Positions 17,804 through 26,035 are shown, counted from the stretch's first letter. The stretch: DNA of 52,037 nucleotides from Bacteroidaceae bacterium (GCA_017612875.1 JAGAEZ010000038.1:1-52037), one strand, 5' to 3'. The notes: generated by a model from the letters alone, not told the origin. Made by a program: numbers and translations.

Positions 17804-19312
17804 TCAGTCTTTGCTTTCGGGTTTCATCTGCGGGAAGAACAGCACCTCCTGAATGGCCTGCTGCCCTGTCATGAGCATGACCAGACGGTCTATACCTATA
17901 CCTATGCCGCTTGTGGGAGGCATACCGTACTCCAAGGCACGCACAAAGTCCTGGTCGATGAACATGGCCTCGTCATCGCCCTTCTGGCTAAGACGCAGCT
18001 GATCCTGGAAACGCTCGTACTGATCAATGGGATCGTTCAGCTCGCTGTATGCGTTGGCCAGTTCCTTACCGTTCACCATGAGCTCGAAACGTTCGGTGAG
18101 TCCCGGCTTGGAACGGTGCATCTTGGTAAGCGGCGACATCTCAACCGGATAGTCCGTGATGAAGATGGGCTGTATGAAAGTACCCTCGCAGGTCTCGCCG
18201 AATATCTCGTCAATCAGTTTGCCCTTGCCCATGGAAGGAGTGACCTCCACTCCGCACTTCTTGGCAACCTCACGCATCTCTTCCTCGCTCATGCCGTCAA
18301 GGTCAAATCCGGTCTTCTCCTTGATGGCATCCAGGATAGGCAGACGGCGGTAGGGAGCCTTGAAGTCAACCTCGTTCCCGCCAACCATAACCTTGGTGGT
18401 GCCGTTGGTCTCAAGCGCGATCTTTTCAAGCAGCTTCTCGGTAAAATCCATCATCCAGTTGTAATCCTTGTATGCAACATATAGTTCCATGCATGTGAAT
18501 TCAGGATTATGGTTGCGGTCCATGCCCTCGTTCCGGAAGTTCTTCCCTATCTCATACACGCCCTCGAAACCGCCTACAATAAGCCGCTTCAGATAAAGTT
18601 CTGTCGCAATGCGGCAATAGAGGTCTATGTCAAGGGTGTTATGGTGCGTGATGAACGGACGTGCGCTCGCACCGCCCGGTATGGGTTGAAGGATGGGAGT
18701 CTCCACCTCAGTATATCCAGCCTCATCCAGCACTGAACGCAAAGTACGGATCACCTTGGTACGCTTCAGGAAAGTCTCCTTTACGCCCTCATTGACCACC
18801 AGATCGACATAGCGCTGACGGTAACGCAGGTCGGGATCATCGAACTTGTCGTATGCCACGCCGTCCTTGTACTTTACGATAGGCAGCGGGCGCAGTGACT
18901 TGGACAGGACGGTCAGTTTCTTGGCGTGGATTGTGATCTCGCCCATCTGCGTGCGGAACACAAAACCCTCAATGCCGATAAAGTCACCTATGTCAAGGAG
19001 TTTCTTGAATACCTTGTTGTACATCTCCTTGTCCTCCTCATCGGGACAGATGTCATCACGGGTTATATAGACCTGGATACGGCCTGTGGAATCCATAAGT
19101 TCAATGAATGAAGCCTTACCCATTATGCGGCGGCTCATCATACGGCCGGCAACGCAAACCTGACGGGGCTCATCATCGTCCTTGAAATTCTCTTTTATCT
19201 CTGTTGCAAAAGCATTGGTAGGATACATGGCTGCGGGATAGGGATCGATGCCCATTGCACGCAACTCCTTCAAACTCTCTCTTCTGAATTGTTCCTGATC
19301 GCTAAGTTCCAT
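17804..19312 (-). CDS. lysS: Lysine--tRNA ligase (class II)
   Basis: The 502-aa ORF has an OB-fold anticodon domain, class II motifs (..FRNEGMDRNHNPEFT.., ..GIGIGIDRLVMLMT..) and the LysS-typical N-terminus. Confidence 0.95.
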   Translation of the reverse strand: MELSDQEQFRRESLKELRAMGIDPYPAAMYPTNAFATEIKENFKDDDEPRQVCVAGRMMSRRIMGKASFIELMDSTGRIQVYITRDDICPDEEDKEMYNKVFKKLLDIGDFIGIEGFVFRTQMGEITIHAKKLTVLSKSLRPLPIVKYKDGVAYDKFDDPDLRYRQRYVDLVVNEGVKETFLKRTKVIRTLRSVLDEAGYTEVETPILQPIPGGASARPFITHHNTLDIDLYCRIATELYLKRLIVGGFEGVYEIGKNFRNEGMDRNHNPEFTCMELYVAYKDYNWMMDFTEKLLEKIALETNGTTKVMVGGNEVDFKAPYRRLPILDAIKEKTGFDLDGMSEEEMREVAKKCGVEVTPSMGKGKLIDEIFGETCEGTFIQPIFITDYPVEMSPLTKMHRSKPGLTERFELMVNGKELANAYSELNDPIDQYERFQDQLRLSQKGDDEAMFIDQDFVRALEYGMPPTSGIGIGIDRLVMLMTGQQAIQEVLFFPQMKPESKD

Positions 19313-19340
19313 TGATTGCTTTGTGTTATGTCACAACCTG

Positions 19341-19348
19341 CAAAGGTA
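19341..19348 (-). promoter_or_regulatory. Candidate -7 box TACCTTTG upstream of lysS
   Basis: The minus strand reads TACCTTTG, a TAnnTTTG match, 29 nt upstream of the lysS ATG. It lies immediately after the T8 tract of the upstream terminator. Confidence 0.4.
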
Positions 19349-19349
19349 T

Positions 19350-19389
19350 AAAAAAAAGTAATAGCGGTGCTGCCGCTCCGCCATTACTT
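19350..19389 (-). terminator. Intrinsic terminator of the GH97-lipoprotein transcript
   Basis: On the minus strand AAGTAATgGCGG-loop-CCGCtATTACTT is followed by T8. A second 8-bp hairpin, GTTTGCCG...CGGCAAAC, lies at 19395-19429. Confidence 0.8.
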
Positions 19390-19434
19390 TATCTGTTTGC
19401 CGTCTGCCTTTTCCTGCCGGCCGGCAAACGGTTC

Positions 19435-19983
19435 CTACTTTCCTCCGAACATATTGAAGATAGTAGAGAGTGACTGCAGGGTGTTGGAAACACCGGCAGT
19501 AGTCTCTGATATGGCCGAGACAGCATTGGACACATTGTTCACAGCAGTCTGCTGCTGAGCCTGCTGTGTCTGTCCGCTCTGTGCCATTGCCGCGATTCCG
19601 GCCGCCGCTATGGCTGACAGGTCTGTTCCGCCTGCAAGCGTAGCGAGAGTGCTGGTTACAGGGTTTGAAGTCTGCTTGGTCACGAGATTGTTCGAACCCA
19701 GGATAAGACCGGCTGCGAAATCCTTGTAGAAACCGCTCTTGTCATCCACGCCCTTCAGGCCCTGGATACCGTTCACCAGCTGTGCCATGCTGATGATATT
19801 GTTCAGATTTGAAAGGTCCACCTTGCCGTCAGTGCTGTACTGGGAATAAAGGTTCTTCAGTGCAGCTCCTGAAGCCTGACCGTTTGTTGAACCTGATGTG
19901 CCGGATGCACCTCCGAGCACGCCACATGATGCAATAAGTACACACAATGCACCTAAAGCAATGATTCCAAATAGTTTTCTCAT
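19435..19983 (-). CDS. Small lipoprotein of unknown function, low-complexity (S/G/T/A/Q-rich)
   Basis: It has the lipobox MRKLFGIIALGALCVLIASCG. The start is trimmed to the ATG at 19983, because the ORF-track start is TTG. I recognise no family. Confidence 0.5.
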   Translation of the reverse strand: MRKLFGIIALGALCVLIASCGVLGGASGTSGSTNGQASGAALKNLYSQYSTDGKVDLSNLNNIISMAQLVNGIQGLKGVDDKSGFYKDFAAGLILGSNNLVTKQTSNPVTSTLATLAGGTDLSAIAAAGIAAMAQSGQTQQAQQQTAVNNVSNAVSAISETTAGVSNTLQSLSTIFNMFGGK

Positions 19984-20005
19984 AATCAAAAAGTTTATAA
20001 AAAGG

Positions 20006-22024
20006 TTATTTCATAATCATTGTCCCTCCCGAAGGCTGTATGACGAACTCGTAAGGTTTCTTTGTCTTGAGTTTCACAGTGTTCAGGACGGGTTCAAGAG
20101 TCTTCTTGTCATCGGTGTATAACTGCACCTCACCGTCACCGAGGAACGAAAGGTCAATTTTGGCCTTGACAGGCTCGGCGGTAGCGTTCAGGCCTGCCAC
20201 GAACCAACGTCCGTCAGTGGATTTGCGGGCCAGTATGACATACTTGCCGGGATAGCCGTCCATGAAACGTGTCTCGGTCCAGGTGGTGGGAGAGTCGCGC
20301 AGCCAGTCCATGCAGATAGCGGGCGCATCCTCCAGGTTGTTGGGGCAGATGGCAATGTTCTGTATGGGGTTCTGGAAGATAACCTCGGTGGCTATCTGGA
20401 ATATGGGTGTGGTCTTGAGCTGAGAGCCGCGTCCGCTGTTCTGCTTGTTCAGGATACGGTTCATGAAACAGCCGCCGAACTCCATGCAGCCCACGGTGTT
20501 GCGTACAAACGGGTGCAGGGTGGCCTTGAAAGCCTCCTCGTCGCATGCTCCCTGACCGAAATACATGTTCTCCGATGCCAGCACGGCCTCCGAGCCCACA
20601 TAGTTGGGATACATACGCTCCCAGCCGCGAGGCAGGGTGCAACCGTGGAAAATGCACATTATGCCGTGGTCGTTGGCATCACTCAGCACCTCCTCGTAAA
20701 GACGGATGGTCTCCTGCTTGTCACCGCCCCAGAAATCGACTTTGATACCCTTGCAGCCCACCTTCTCAAGCCACGCCATTTCCTTCTTACGGATAATGGA
20801 GTTGTCCATCCTGCAGATCGGGCTCTGTACAATGTCGTTCCAGTAACCGCTTGAGCTGTACCAGAGGAACACATCCACATTCCTGGAATTGGCATACCTG
20901 ATGAGCTGCTCCATGCGCTCATAGCCGATGTTCTGGTCCCAGCCTGCATCAATCAGGATGTACTCGTATCCCATTTCAGATGCAAGGTCGATGAACTTGA
21001 CCTGATCGTCCCAGTTGCAGGAAGCATCCTGCCAGACGATCCAGCTCCAGGTGCTGCGACCGTACTTGTAGTCCCGTGAAGGCTCGTAAAGCGGCTCCAC
21101 GTAATCCCACATTACCGTAGTCTCCACAATGGGTTTGAGGTCGGCACCCACAGTGATGGTACGCCAGGGAGTAGAACCCGGCAGACGGAATGCAGGGCAT
21201 ACTGTTCCTATGCCGTTGTTCTCATCGGGCATAGGGAACTCTATCTTATATGTATTGTCCTTGCAGTCGCTTAGACGCGAGCCGCAGTAGCTGCTGCTCA
21301 CGCCGGTCTCGCAAAGCAGGACCCAACCGTTATCGCCCACATGGAACAGGCCCGGGAAGGTGTAGCCGTGACCGTACCCCGAACGCACGTTCATCTCACC
21401 GTCATTCGAATAGCCCTCTTCATAGCTGGGCTTGCTCCGCTGCCAGCCTATCATGGCATCGCTCTGCGGAGTAAGGAATGTGGTGGTGCCGTCGGGGAAA
21501 CGGAAACCGGTATTCTCGAAAAGGACCCTGGTACTGGCACGCTGACGAGGCTTGGGTATGTTATAGCGGATGGCAATGTCATTATTACTCACGCGGAACT
21601 CGAACTCAATGTTCTGGCGTGCGGCATTCTGTAGCTCGATGACAGCGGAATTATATGCATGGCTTACATGGGCTGTCTTGATACGGTCCATAGTGTAATC
21701 CACATCAGCGCTCCCGGTGCGGCACTCCACCAGACTGAGATTGGTGGTGAAATCCCCGTTGCCGGCTTCACGTCCCTGAGGTAACCCCTCCAAAGTGGGT
21801 CTGGAACCCATGTCAAGCATAATGCCTATCGGAGAATCCTCAAGCATCGTCTTGCCGTCATACGATACAGAATAGACAGGGTTCTCCACCCCCACTATAC
21901 CGAATCTGACCACGAGCCTGCCGTCCGGACTGCTCAAATCCTGAATCGCATTCTGTGAAACCACAGGTGTCATGGCCATACTACCAAGTAAAGAAAGAAT
22001 CAAAATGTTTTTTTTCATAATCAT
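20006..22024 (-). CDS. Glycoside hydrolase family 97 (alpha-glucosidase/alpha-galactosidase, SusB-like)
   Basis: The 672-aa ORF has a signal peptide. Several segments are collinear with SusB: TPWRTITVGADLKPIVETTVMWDYVEP, FIDLASEMGYEYILIDAGWD and YPNYVGSEAVLASEN. Confidence 0.88.
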   Translation of the reverse strand: MIMKKNILILSLLGSMAMTPVVSQNAIQDLSSPDGRLVVRFGIVGVENPVYSVSYDGKTMLEDSPIGIMLDMGSRPTLEGLPQGREAGNGDFTTNLSLVECRTGSADVDYTMDRIKTAHVSHAYNSAVIELQNAARQNIEFEFRVSNNDIAIRYNIPKPRQRASTRVLFENTGFRFPDGTTTFLTPQSDAMIGWQRSKPSYEEGYSNDGEMNVRSGYGHGYTFPGLFHVGDNGWVLLCETGVSSSYCGSRLSDCKDNTYKIEFPMPDENNGIGTVCPAFRLPGSTPWRTITVGADLKPIVETTVMWDYVEPLYEPSRDYKYGRSTWSWIVWQDASCNWDDQVKFIDLASEMGYEYILIDAGWDQNIGYERMEQLIRYANSRNVDVFLWYSSSGYWNDIVQSPICRMDNSIIRKKEMAWLEKVGCKGIKVDFWGGDKQETIRLYEEVLSDANDHGIMCIFHGCTLPRGWERMYPNYVGSEAVLASENMYFGQGACDEEAFKATLHPFVRNTVGCMEFGGCFMNRILNKQNSGRGSQLKTTPIFQIATEVIFQNPIQNIAICPNNLEDAPAICMDWLRDSPTTWTETRFMDGYPGKYVILARKSTDGRWFVAGLNATAEPVKAKIDLSFLGDGEVQLYTDDKKTLEPVLNTVKLKTKKPYEFVIQPSGGTMIMK

Positions 22025-22076
22025 ATCATTTGGTTTGCAATCATCTCAATAACTGTCTTCAACCGGAAAACGGCTT

Positions 22077-22943
22077 TCAAAGCATCCTGAAACATAGTCT
22101 CAGGGTCATTTGGGGATAGACCGGATATCTCTCCATGTTTACGGCGATATCCTTCACGTCATCCCCGAGGGAACCGTCACTTGCCTCACTCAATGAGCCT
22201 GCGGACCTGTTCTGGCAGAACAGTTCGGGATTCTGGAACACCATTGCCCCGAACTCAATCTGAAGGCCCATGAAACGGTTGGGGATGCATCGGCCCAGCC
22301 CCATTCCACCATAATATTTGAGAGGGTCGATACGCAGGCTTGAACTCAGGTAACCGCATCCGGATCCATCGTCAACCAGGCTATACGTTCCGTCTCCTAT
22401 GTTTATAACCATCTCATAGTCTATACCTGTCTTCTCTCTCAGTTCGGCAAGGGCCTCCCAGTCATCGGCAGGTGTATGCCCCTCCATCTTGAGCAGGTCG
22501 CCCCTGCTTCGGGACCGGGAGTAATAGACTCCACCGGACAGATAGAACTTTCCCCCTGCAAAAGGATACCAGTTCAGCATCAGCTTATAGTTGTTCTGAC
22601 CCAACCGGACTCCGGCATGGACCACGCTCTCCCCGGAAAACCTGTTGCTGAACTCATGGCTTTCGCCAGTGGCGGAACTTGTCTGTTCATACCGGTTCTG
22701 CGCATCCATGAGGTCCGTGGTATTGACAAGGATGTCCGTTTTGAAAAGATCCAGATCGGGAGCCATGTTATATCCCCCCTTAAGAACCAGATGATGGCTG
22801 ACCGGTATGGCTACTTCCACTCCTGCTCCATGCAGTCCAGCCTCCACATCTATGGAAAGGTGACGGAACGGCTCCATGTTGTACTGGGCACTGAGCGCGC
22901 AGGACAGCAGAGACAGGCTCGGCAGTAAAAACATTCTTCTCAT
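22077..22943 (-). CDS. Hypothetical secreted / outer-membrane beta-rich protein
   Basis: It has the signal peptide MRRMFLLPSLSLLSCALSAQ and a G/Y-rich alternating pattern. I recognise no family. The start is trimmed from a TTG at 22958 to the ATG at 22943. Confidence 0.4.
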   Translation of the reverse strand: MRRMFLLPSLSLLSCALSAQYNMEPFRHLSIDVEAGLHGAGVEVAIPVSHHLVLKGGYNMAPDLDLFKTDILVNTTDLMDAQNRYEQTSSATGESHEFSNRFSGESVVHAGVRLGQNNYKLMLNWYPFAGGKFYLSGGVYYSRSRSRGDLLKMEGHTPADDWEALAELREKTGIDYEMVINIGDGTYSLVDDGSGCGYLSSSLRIDPLKYYGGMGLGRCIPNRFMGLQIEFGAMVFQNPELFCQNRSAGSLSEASDGSLGDDVKDIAVNMERYPVYPQMTLRLCFRML

Positions 22944-23031
22944 AACGACATCGGCCAATCAGGTTAATTCCGGAACCACGGACACCCTGGCGGTTTCCGA
23001 CTCAAAACAGCCAATAACAAATTTCACGGAA

Positions 23032-23062
23032 CAAATTTAAAGAGATTCTGATTCAGCACAAA
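23032..23062 (-). promoter_or_regulatory. Canonical Bacteroides sigma-A type promoter for the 22077-22943 gene
   Basis: The minus strand reads TTTG-N19-TAAATTTG, with both elements perfect and correctly spaced, about 80 nt upstream of the ATG at 22943. Confidence 0.55.
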
Positions 23063-23084
23063 AACATTTCCCGAAATAAATGCT

Positions 23085-23092
23085 TAAATTCG
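23085..23092 (+). promoter_or_regulatory. Candidate -7 box (TAAATTCG) for tRNA-Arg
   Basis: It has one mismatch to TAnnTTTG and ends 10 nt before the mature tRNA 5' end. A TTTC lies at 23067-23070 as a possible -33 element. Confidence 0.4.
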
Positions 23093-23102
23093 CACCCGGA
23101 TT

Positions 23103-23176
23103 GGCCCCGTAGCTCAGTTGAATAGAGCGTCAGATTCCGGTTCTGCAGGTCTTGGGTTTGAGTCCCAACGGGGTCA
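23103..23176 (+). tRNA. tRNA-Arg (anticodon CCG)
   Basis: A manual cloverleaf fits. The acceptor is GGCCCCG/CGGGGTC and the D-arm is GCTC-AGTTGAATA-GAGC. The anticodon arm is TCAGA-TTCCGGT-TCTGC (one mismatch at 27:43). The variable loop is AGGTC, the T-arm is TTGGG-TTTGAGT-CCCAA and the discriminator is A. CCA is not encoded. Confidence 0.9.
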
Positions 23177-23187
23177 CCTGTCAGGAA

Positions 23188-23222
23188 AACGGAGAGACAT
23201 CACCTGCCTCTCCGTTGTTTGT
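23188..23222. terminator. Hairpin terminator shared by tRNA-Arg and the convergent cotH gene
   Basis: The sequence is AACGGAGAG-acatcacctgc-CTCTCCGTT, followed by GTTTGT on the plus strand and by TTTTCCT on the minus strand. Confidence 0.6.
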
Positions 23223-23264
23223 CCCCCCCCTGCATGGACCCGGTTTTATCTTACATCCGTAATC

Positions 23265-25553
23265 CTACAGCTTGCTGATATTCTCGTCAATCCACTTGAA
23301 TTTCTTCTCGAAACCTTCCTTCATCTTATTTACAGACTCCTGGAAAGTGAGATTGATGTCACTGTTCTCATCGCCGTTGCTGTTCTGGATCCTGCCCCAT
23401 ACCTTATAGTTCCATTCCTCCGAGGCACGTATGCTGTCGGCCATCATGTCAATATACTCGGGTAGTCCTGCAAACCTGACCTTAAGCATATTCCAGCGAT
23501 CCACAAGACGTTGCTTGAAAGCAGGGTCCTTGAGCAGGCTCGTATAATAGAACTTGCTCTGGCTCTGGCCTCCCCCCCACCAGCCGCCCCACTGGTTGAC
23601 CTTTGAACTGATACTGAGGGCCTCCCACTGGTTGGCACGGCTCGGCATGAACGTGTGATAGTCAAAGTCCCACACCGGTCCGAAACAGAGTCTGTGTTCA
23701 CGGTCGATGTAAAGGAAGCAGCTGTGGGGTCCGTCCTTGGGCCAGGTGTTGTAGAAATCATGGTTCCCGGCCAGTTCGTTCACCAGGGCGTAGTCGATAG
23801 CCTTGTCCACATCGATATATCTTTCGTATGCGTGTTTCCTGACGCTGTCCTCATTGTTCAGTACCAGCTCCATCTCCTCAATGAAGTTCTTGAAATACTT
23901 GTATGCAGGATGGGTGGATGAAATGGTGTCGATGTCGGGATCCTTCAGGATATACGGAAGATTGTATGTCTTGCTCCAGAAACCGAGCTCCTTCTTGTCA
24001 CTGTAGTATCCGTAATAAGACTCCATTTCAGCAAAGAATCCTCCCAGTTCCGGATTCTCCAGATCCGGCTCGTCAATGTTAATGCGGTTCTTGTTTATCT
24101 TGGCATGCTCGCACAGATAATAGTTTCCCATGTGCTTTCCGTTCATGACCAGTTCCACATACTGGCCACGGACAGTATAAGGCAGGTCTGTCTGCTTGGA
24201 GAGCCAGAATGCGGCATCATTGCGCAAAAGGGTGCGGTCCTTGTAATTGGCCAGAAGAATCCAGCGTTTGTGCTGGGGCATACCAAGTATCTCGGCCTTC
24301 TCGTCAAGTTTCAGGGCGTATGGCTTCTTGTTGAACGACCAGGTGTTGTTGCCGCGGCCACGCATGCTGAGTGTCCCTTCATAATCGGGTGACCCGTCAG
24401 GATAGACAATCTTCATGGTGGCGCCATCAGTCCAGACAGTCTTGCTGGTTATGGCTTTTCCTCCCGGAGTGTTTATGGTCACTACAGGCAGATTGGTGTT
24501 GAACACATCTATCTTTACCGTATAATCCTTATGAAGGCCATAGCTCCACAGGGTTGCCTTGACCGGTTCGTTGAGGTCAAAATTATAGTATATCGCATTG
24601 AAGAAAGCGCTGTCGCCCACAGTGATGCTGTCGCCTCCCGTAAAGTTGAACTTGATCTTCATGTCGCTGTAGTCGCCCGCAGGAAGATTCACGTAATATG
24701 ACATGTTCTGGGCATCATACTTCATGTCATAGTCAGAACCTATCTTGACACTGCTCATTTTGAACGTGACCTTCCTTATTTCCACCGGAGAGGAAAGTAT
24801 GACAGTATCGGGACATGTTACCGCAACCTTGACGGTTCCCTTGCTCAGACGTGCGAGAGTAACATTGAGAAGCCACGTGCTGTCAGCGAGCATCCCGACA
24901 TCCTGAATGATGCATGTCTGGTCAGGATTACCCAAAGTGTCAGTAAGCTGTATGCTGACGGAATCCTGAAGCAGCAAGTCCCAGGGTGTCGTACGAAGCA
25001 GCACCTTGGCTACACTGTCCTTCTCGTAGGCCGAGACTTTCCCCGACAGGATATCAATCGAACGGATAACAGGTGCATGATACCTTATCATTTCAAGCAC
25101 TACCGGTTTGGAAAGCAGTATCGTATCCCCGGTTTTCACAGACACCCTTATCATATCCCCGCTCCCGATGCTGTCCGATGCCAGAACCTGCATGATCCAT
25201 GTACTGTCCCTCTGCATGTCGAATCCCCAGACTGACACGTACGGGTAAAGCACACCTGCGGTGTCGATGAACTCAACCGATACACTGTCCATGAGGGGAA
25301 GGTTCCACGGCGTTGCACAGAAATGCATCATGAGAGTGTCGCCATCAGCAAAAACCAGGGTATCAGGCATCAACAATTCAAATGAAGCCTTTAAATCATC
25401 TGTCTTCACTGTGTCCGGATCCACGATGGGAGGGTTGACAGGTTCCGGAATATCAATCTCCTTGTTTTCATCGACACAGGAGAACATGGCCGCAAAGGAG
25501 GTGATGACTATCAGGACCGGCAGCCGGAATCTTGCAAGGATACTGGATTTCAT
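23265..25553 (-). CDS. CotH kinase-family secreted protein with two tandem N-terminal beta-sandwich-like repeats
   Basis: The 762-aa ORF has a signal peptide or lipobox (FAAMFSCVD). The CotH core is RGRGNNTWSFNKKPYALKLDEKAEILGMPQHKRWILLANYKDRTLLRNDAAFWLS...YVELVMNGKHMGNYYLCEH. Confidence 0.75.
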   Translation of the reverse strand: MKSSILARFRLPVLIVITSFAAMFSCVDENKEIDIPEPVNPPIVDPDTVKTDDLKASFELLMPDTLVFADGDTLMMHFCATPWNLPLMDSVSVEFIDTAGVLYPYVSVWGFDMQRDSTWIMQVLASDSIGSGDMIRVSVKTGDTILLSKPVVLEMIRYHAPVIRSIDILSGKVSAYEKDSVAKVLLRTTPWDLLLQDSVSIQLTDTLGNPDQTCIIQDVGMLADSTWLLNVTLARLSKGTVKVAVTCPDTVILSSPVEIRKVTFKMSSVKIGSDYDMKYDAQNMSYYVNLPAGDYSDMKIKFNFTGGDSITVGDSAFFNAIYYNFDLNEPVKATLWSYGLHKDYTVKIDVFNTNLPVVTINTPGGKAITSKTVWTDGATMKIVYPDGSPDYEGTLSMRGRGNNTWSFNKKPYALKLDEKAEILGMPQHKRWILLANYKDRTLLRNDAAFWLSKQTDLPYTVRGQYVELVMNGKHMGNYYLCEHAKINKNRINIDEPDLENPELGGFFAEMESYYGYYSDKKELGFWSKTYNLPYILKDPDIDTISSTHPAYKYFKNFIEEMELVLNNEDSVRKHAYERYIDVDKAIDYALVNELAGNHDFYNTWPKDGPHSCFLYIDREHRLCFGPVWDFDYHTFMPSRANQWEALSISSKVNQWGGWWGGGQSQSKFYYTSLLKDPAFKQRLVDRWNMLKVRFAGLPEYIDMMADSIRASEEWNYKVWGRIQNSNGDENSDINLTFQESVNKMKEGFEKKFKWIDENISKL

Positions 25554-25576
25554 TTTCCTTAGTGATTTTGCGCGTG

Positions 25577-25584
25577 CAAACTTA
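25577..25584 (-). promoter_or_regulatory. Candidate -7 box TAAGTTTG upstream of cotH
   Basis: The minus strand gives a perfect TAnnTTTG match 24 nt upstream of the cotH ATG. Confidence 0.4.
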
Positions 25585-25664
25585 TATAAAATCCGCCGCT
25601 TTTATGCCCGCAGAGATAAAAAAAAGACTGTTGTAAGCATTTTTGTCAAGTGATCCTACTGTGA

Positions 25665-25956
25665 CGGTTTTTTAGAATCCGTTTGGATTTGTTCCGTGAA
25701 GATGATTATGGTCTGTTTTGGTCTCTGGTTTCACCGGTTTGAGGGAGTAATGGAGGTCCATTATGACTGAACGTTTTCGATAAGCCAGACGAACAGAGTG
25801 AGTTCACCCGCTCTGTCGTGGCGAGAATTGAAAATCGGCGGCCGGAGGGAAAGCCAAAAGGTCGAATGAAAATTCAAAAGCGGTGGAACCAGAGAACAAA
25901 AGAGGGCGTAAGAAATACATGGAAACAAATCCAGACAGATTCTAAAAAAACATCCG
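25665..25956. repeat. About 290-bp nested imperfect inverted repeat (long hairpin / MITE-like / candidate invertible or structured-RNA locus)
   Basis: The outer arms are 25665-25697 versus 25921-25956 (about 29/33 matches). The inner arms are 25717-25743 versus 25874-25902 (about 24/29). An apical hairpin, ACGAaCAGAG...CTCTGTCGT, lies at 25789-25819. All three share one symmetry centre near 25805-25810. Confidence 0.75.
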
Positions 25957-25965
25957 GTTTGTTCC

Positions 25966-25995
25966 TTTGAAAACAGCCGTTTTTTTGTATTTTTG
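25966..25995 (+). promoter_or_regulatory. Candidate sigma-A promoter of the Na/Pi cotransporter gene
   Basis: TTTG (25966-25969), an 18-nt spacer, then TATTTTTG (25988-25995). The ATG is at 26036. Confidence 0.5.
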
Positions 25996-26035
25996 ACCCG
26001 ATTTTTAAAGGAAAGTATTTTCAACGGTTTAAAAG

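Noticed and set aside
17639-18484. Long antisense ORFs opposite strongly supported genes: 17639-18484 (lysS/gpsA), 28617-29534 (asnA), 31753-32376 (lptD), 34953-35615 (lacZ), 41926-42843 (dnaA), 44018-45139 (nrdJ), 719-1354 (ilvB)
   Set aside because: These are shadow frames of highly conserved genes. Their compositions are biased (R/H/L/V-rich), they contain no recognisable motifs, and they have no independent promoter or terminator context.
22008-22015. A8 tract at the 5' end of the GH97 coding sequence (MIMKKN)
   Set aside because: Lys-Lys n-regions encoded by A-runs are ordinary in signal peptides of AT-leaning codon users. There is no evidence of a frameshifted copy here.
23023-23065. 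Reading the X motif as an ECF sigma promoter (GGAAC -35 plus TCTAA/TCTGA -10)
   Set aside because: The distance from GGAAC to TCTAA is about 14 nt, roughly 4 nt shorter than the spacing of RpoE-type ECF promoters. X4 also lacks the GG.
23223-23230. C8 homopolymer as a phase-variation switch
   Set aside because: It lies between the 3' ends of convergent tRNA-Arg and cotH, downstream of the shared terminator. Length changes there would not alter any reading frame or promoter spacing.
23023-25956. The tRNA-Arg plus cotH segment as an integrated genomic island bounded by direct repeats X1 and X3
   Set aside because: No integrase or mobility gene is present. The repeats do not include the tRNA 3' end, since X1 lies 5' of the tRNA. 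GC content does not visibly differ from the flanks. I kept it only as context in the cotH finding.
25665-25956. Firm call of a phase-variable invertible promoter
   Set aside because: The geometry is compatible, but no site-specific recombinase is encoded in the window. I found no clear TTTG/TAnnTTTG promoter inside the segment, and both flanking genes have their own -7 boxes outside it. I report it as a hypothesis only.
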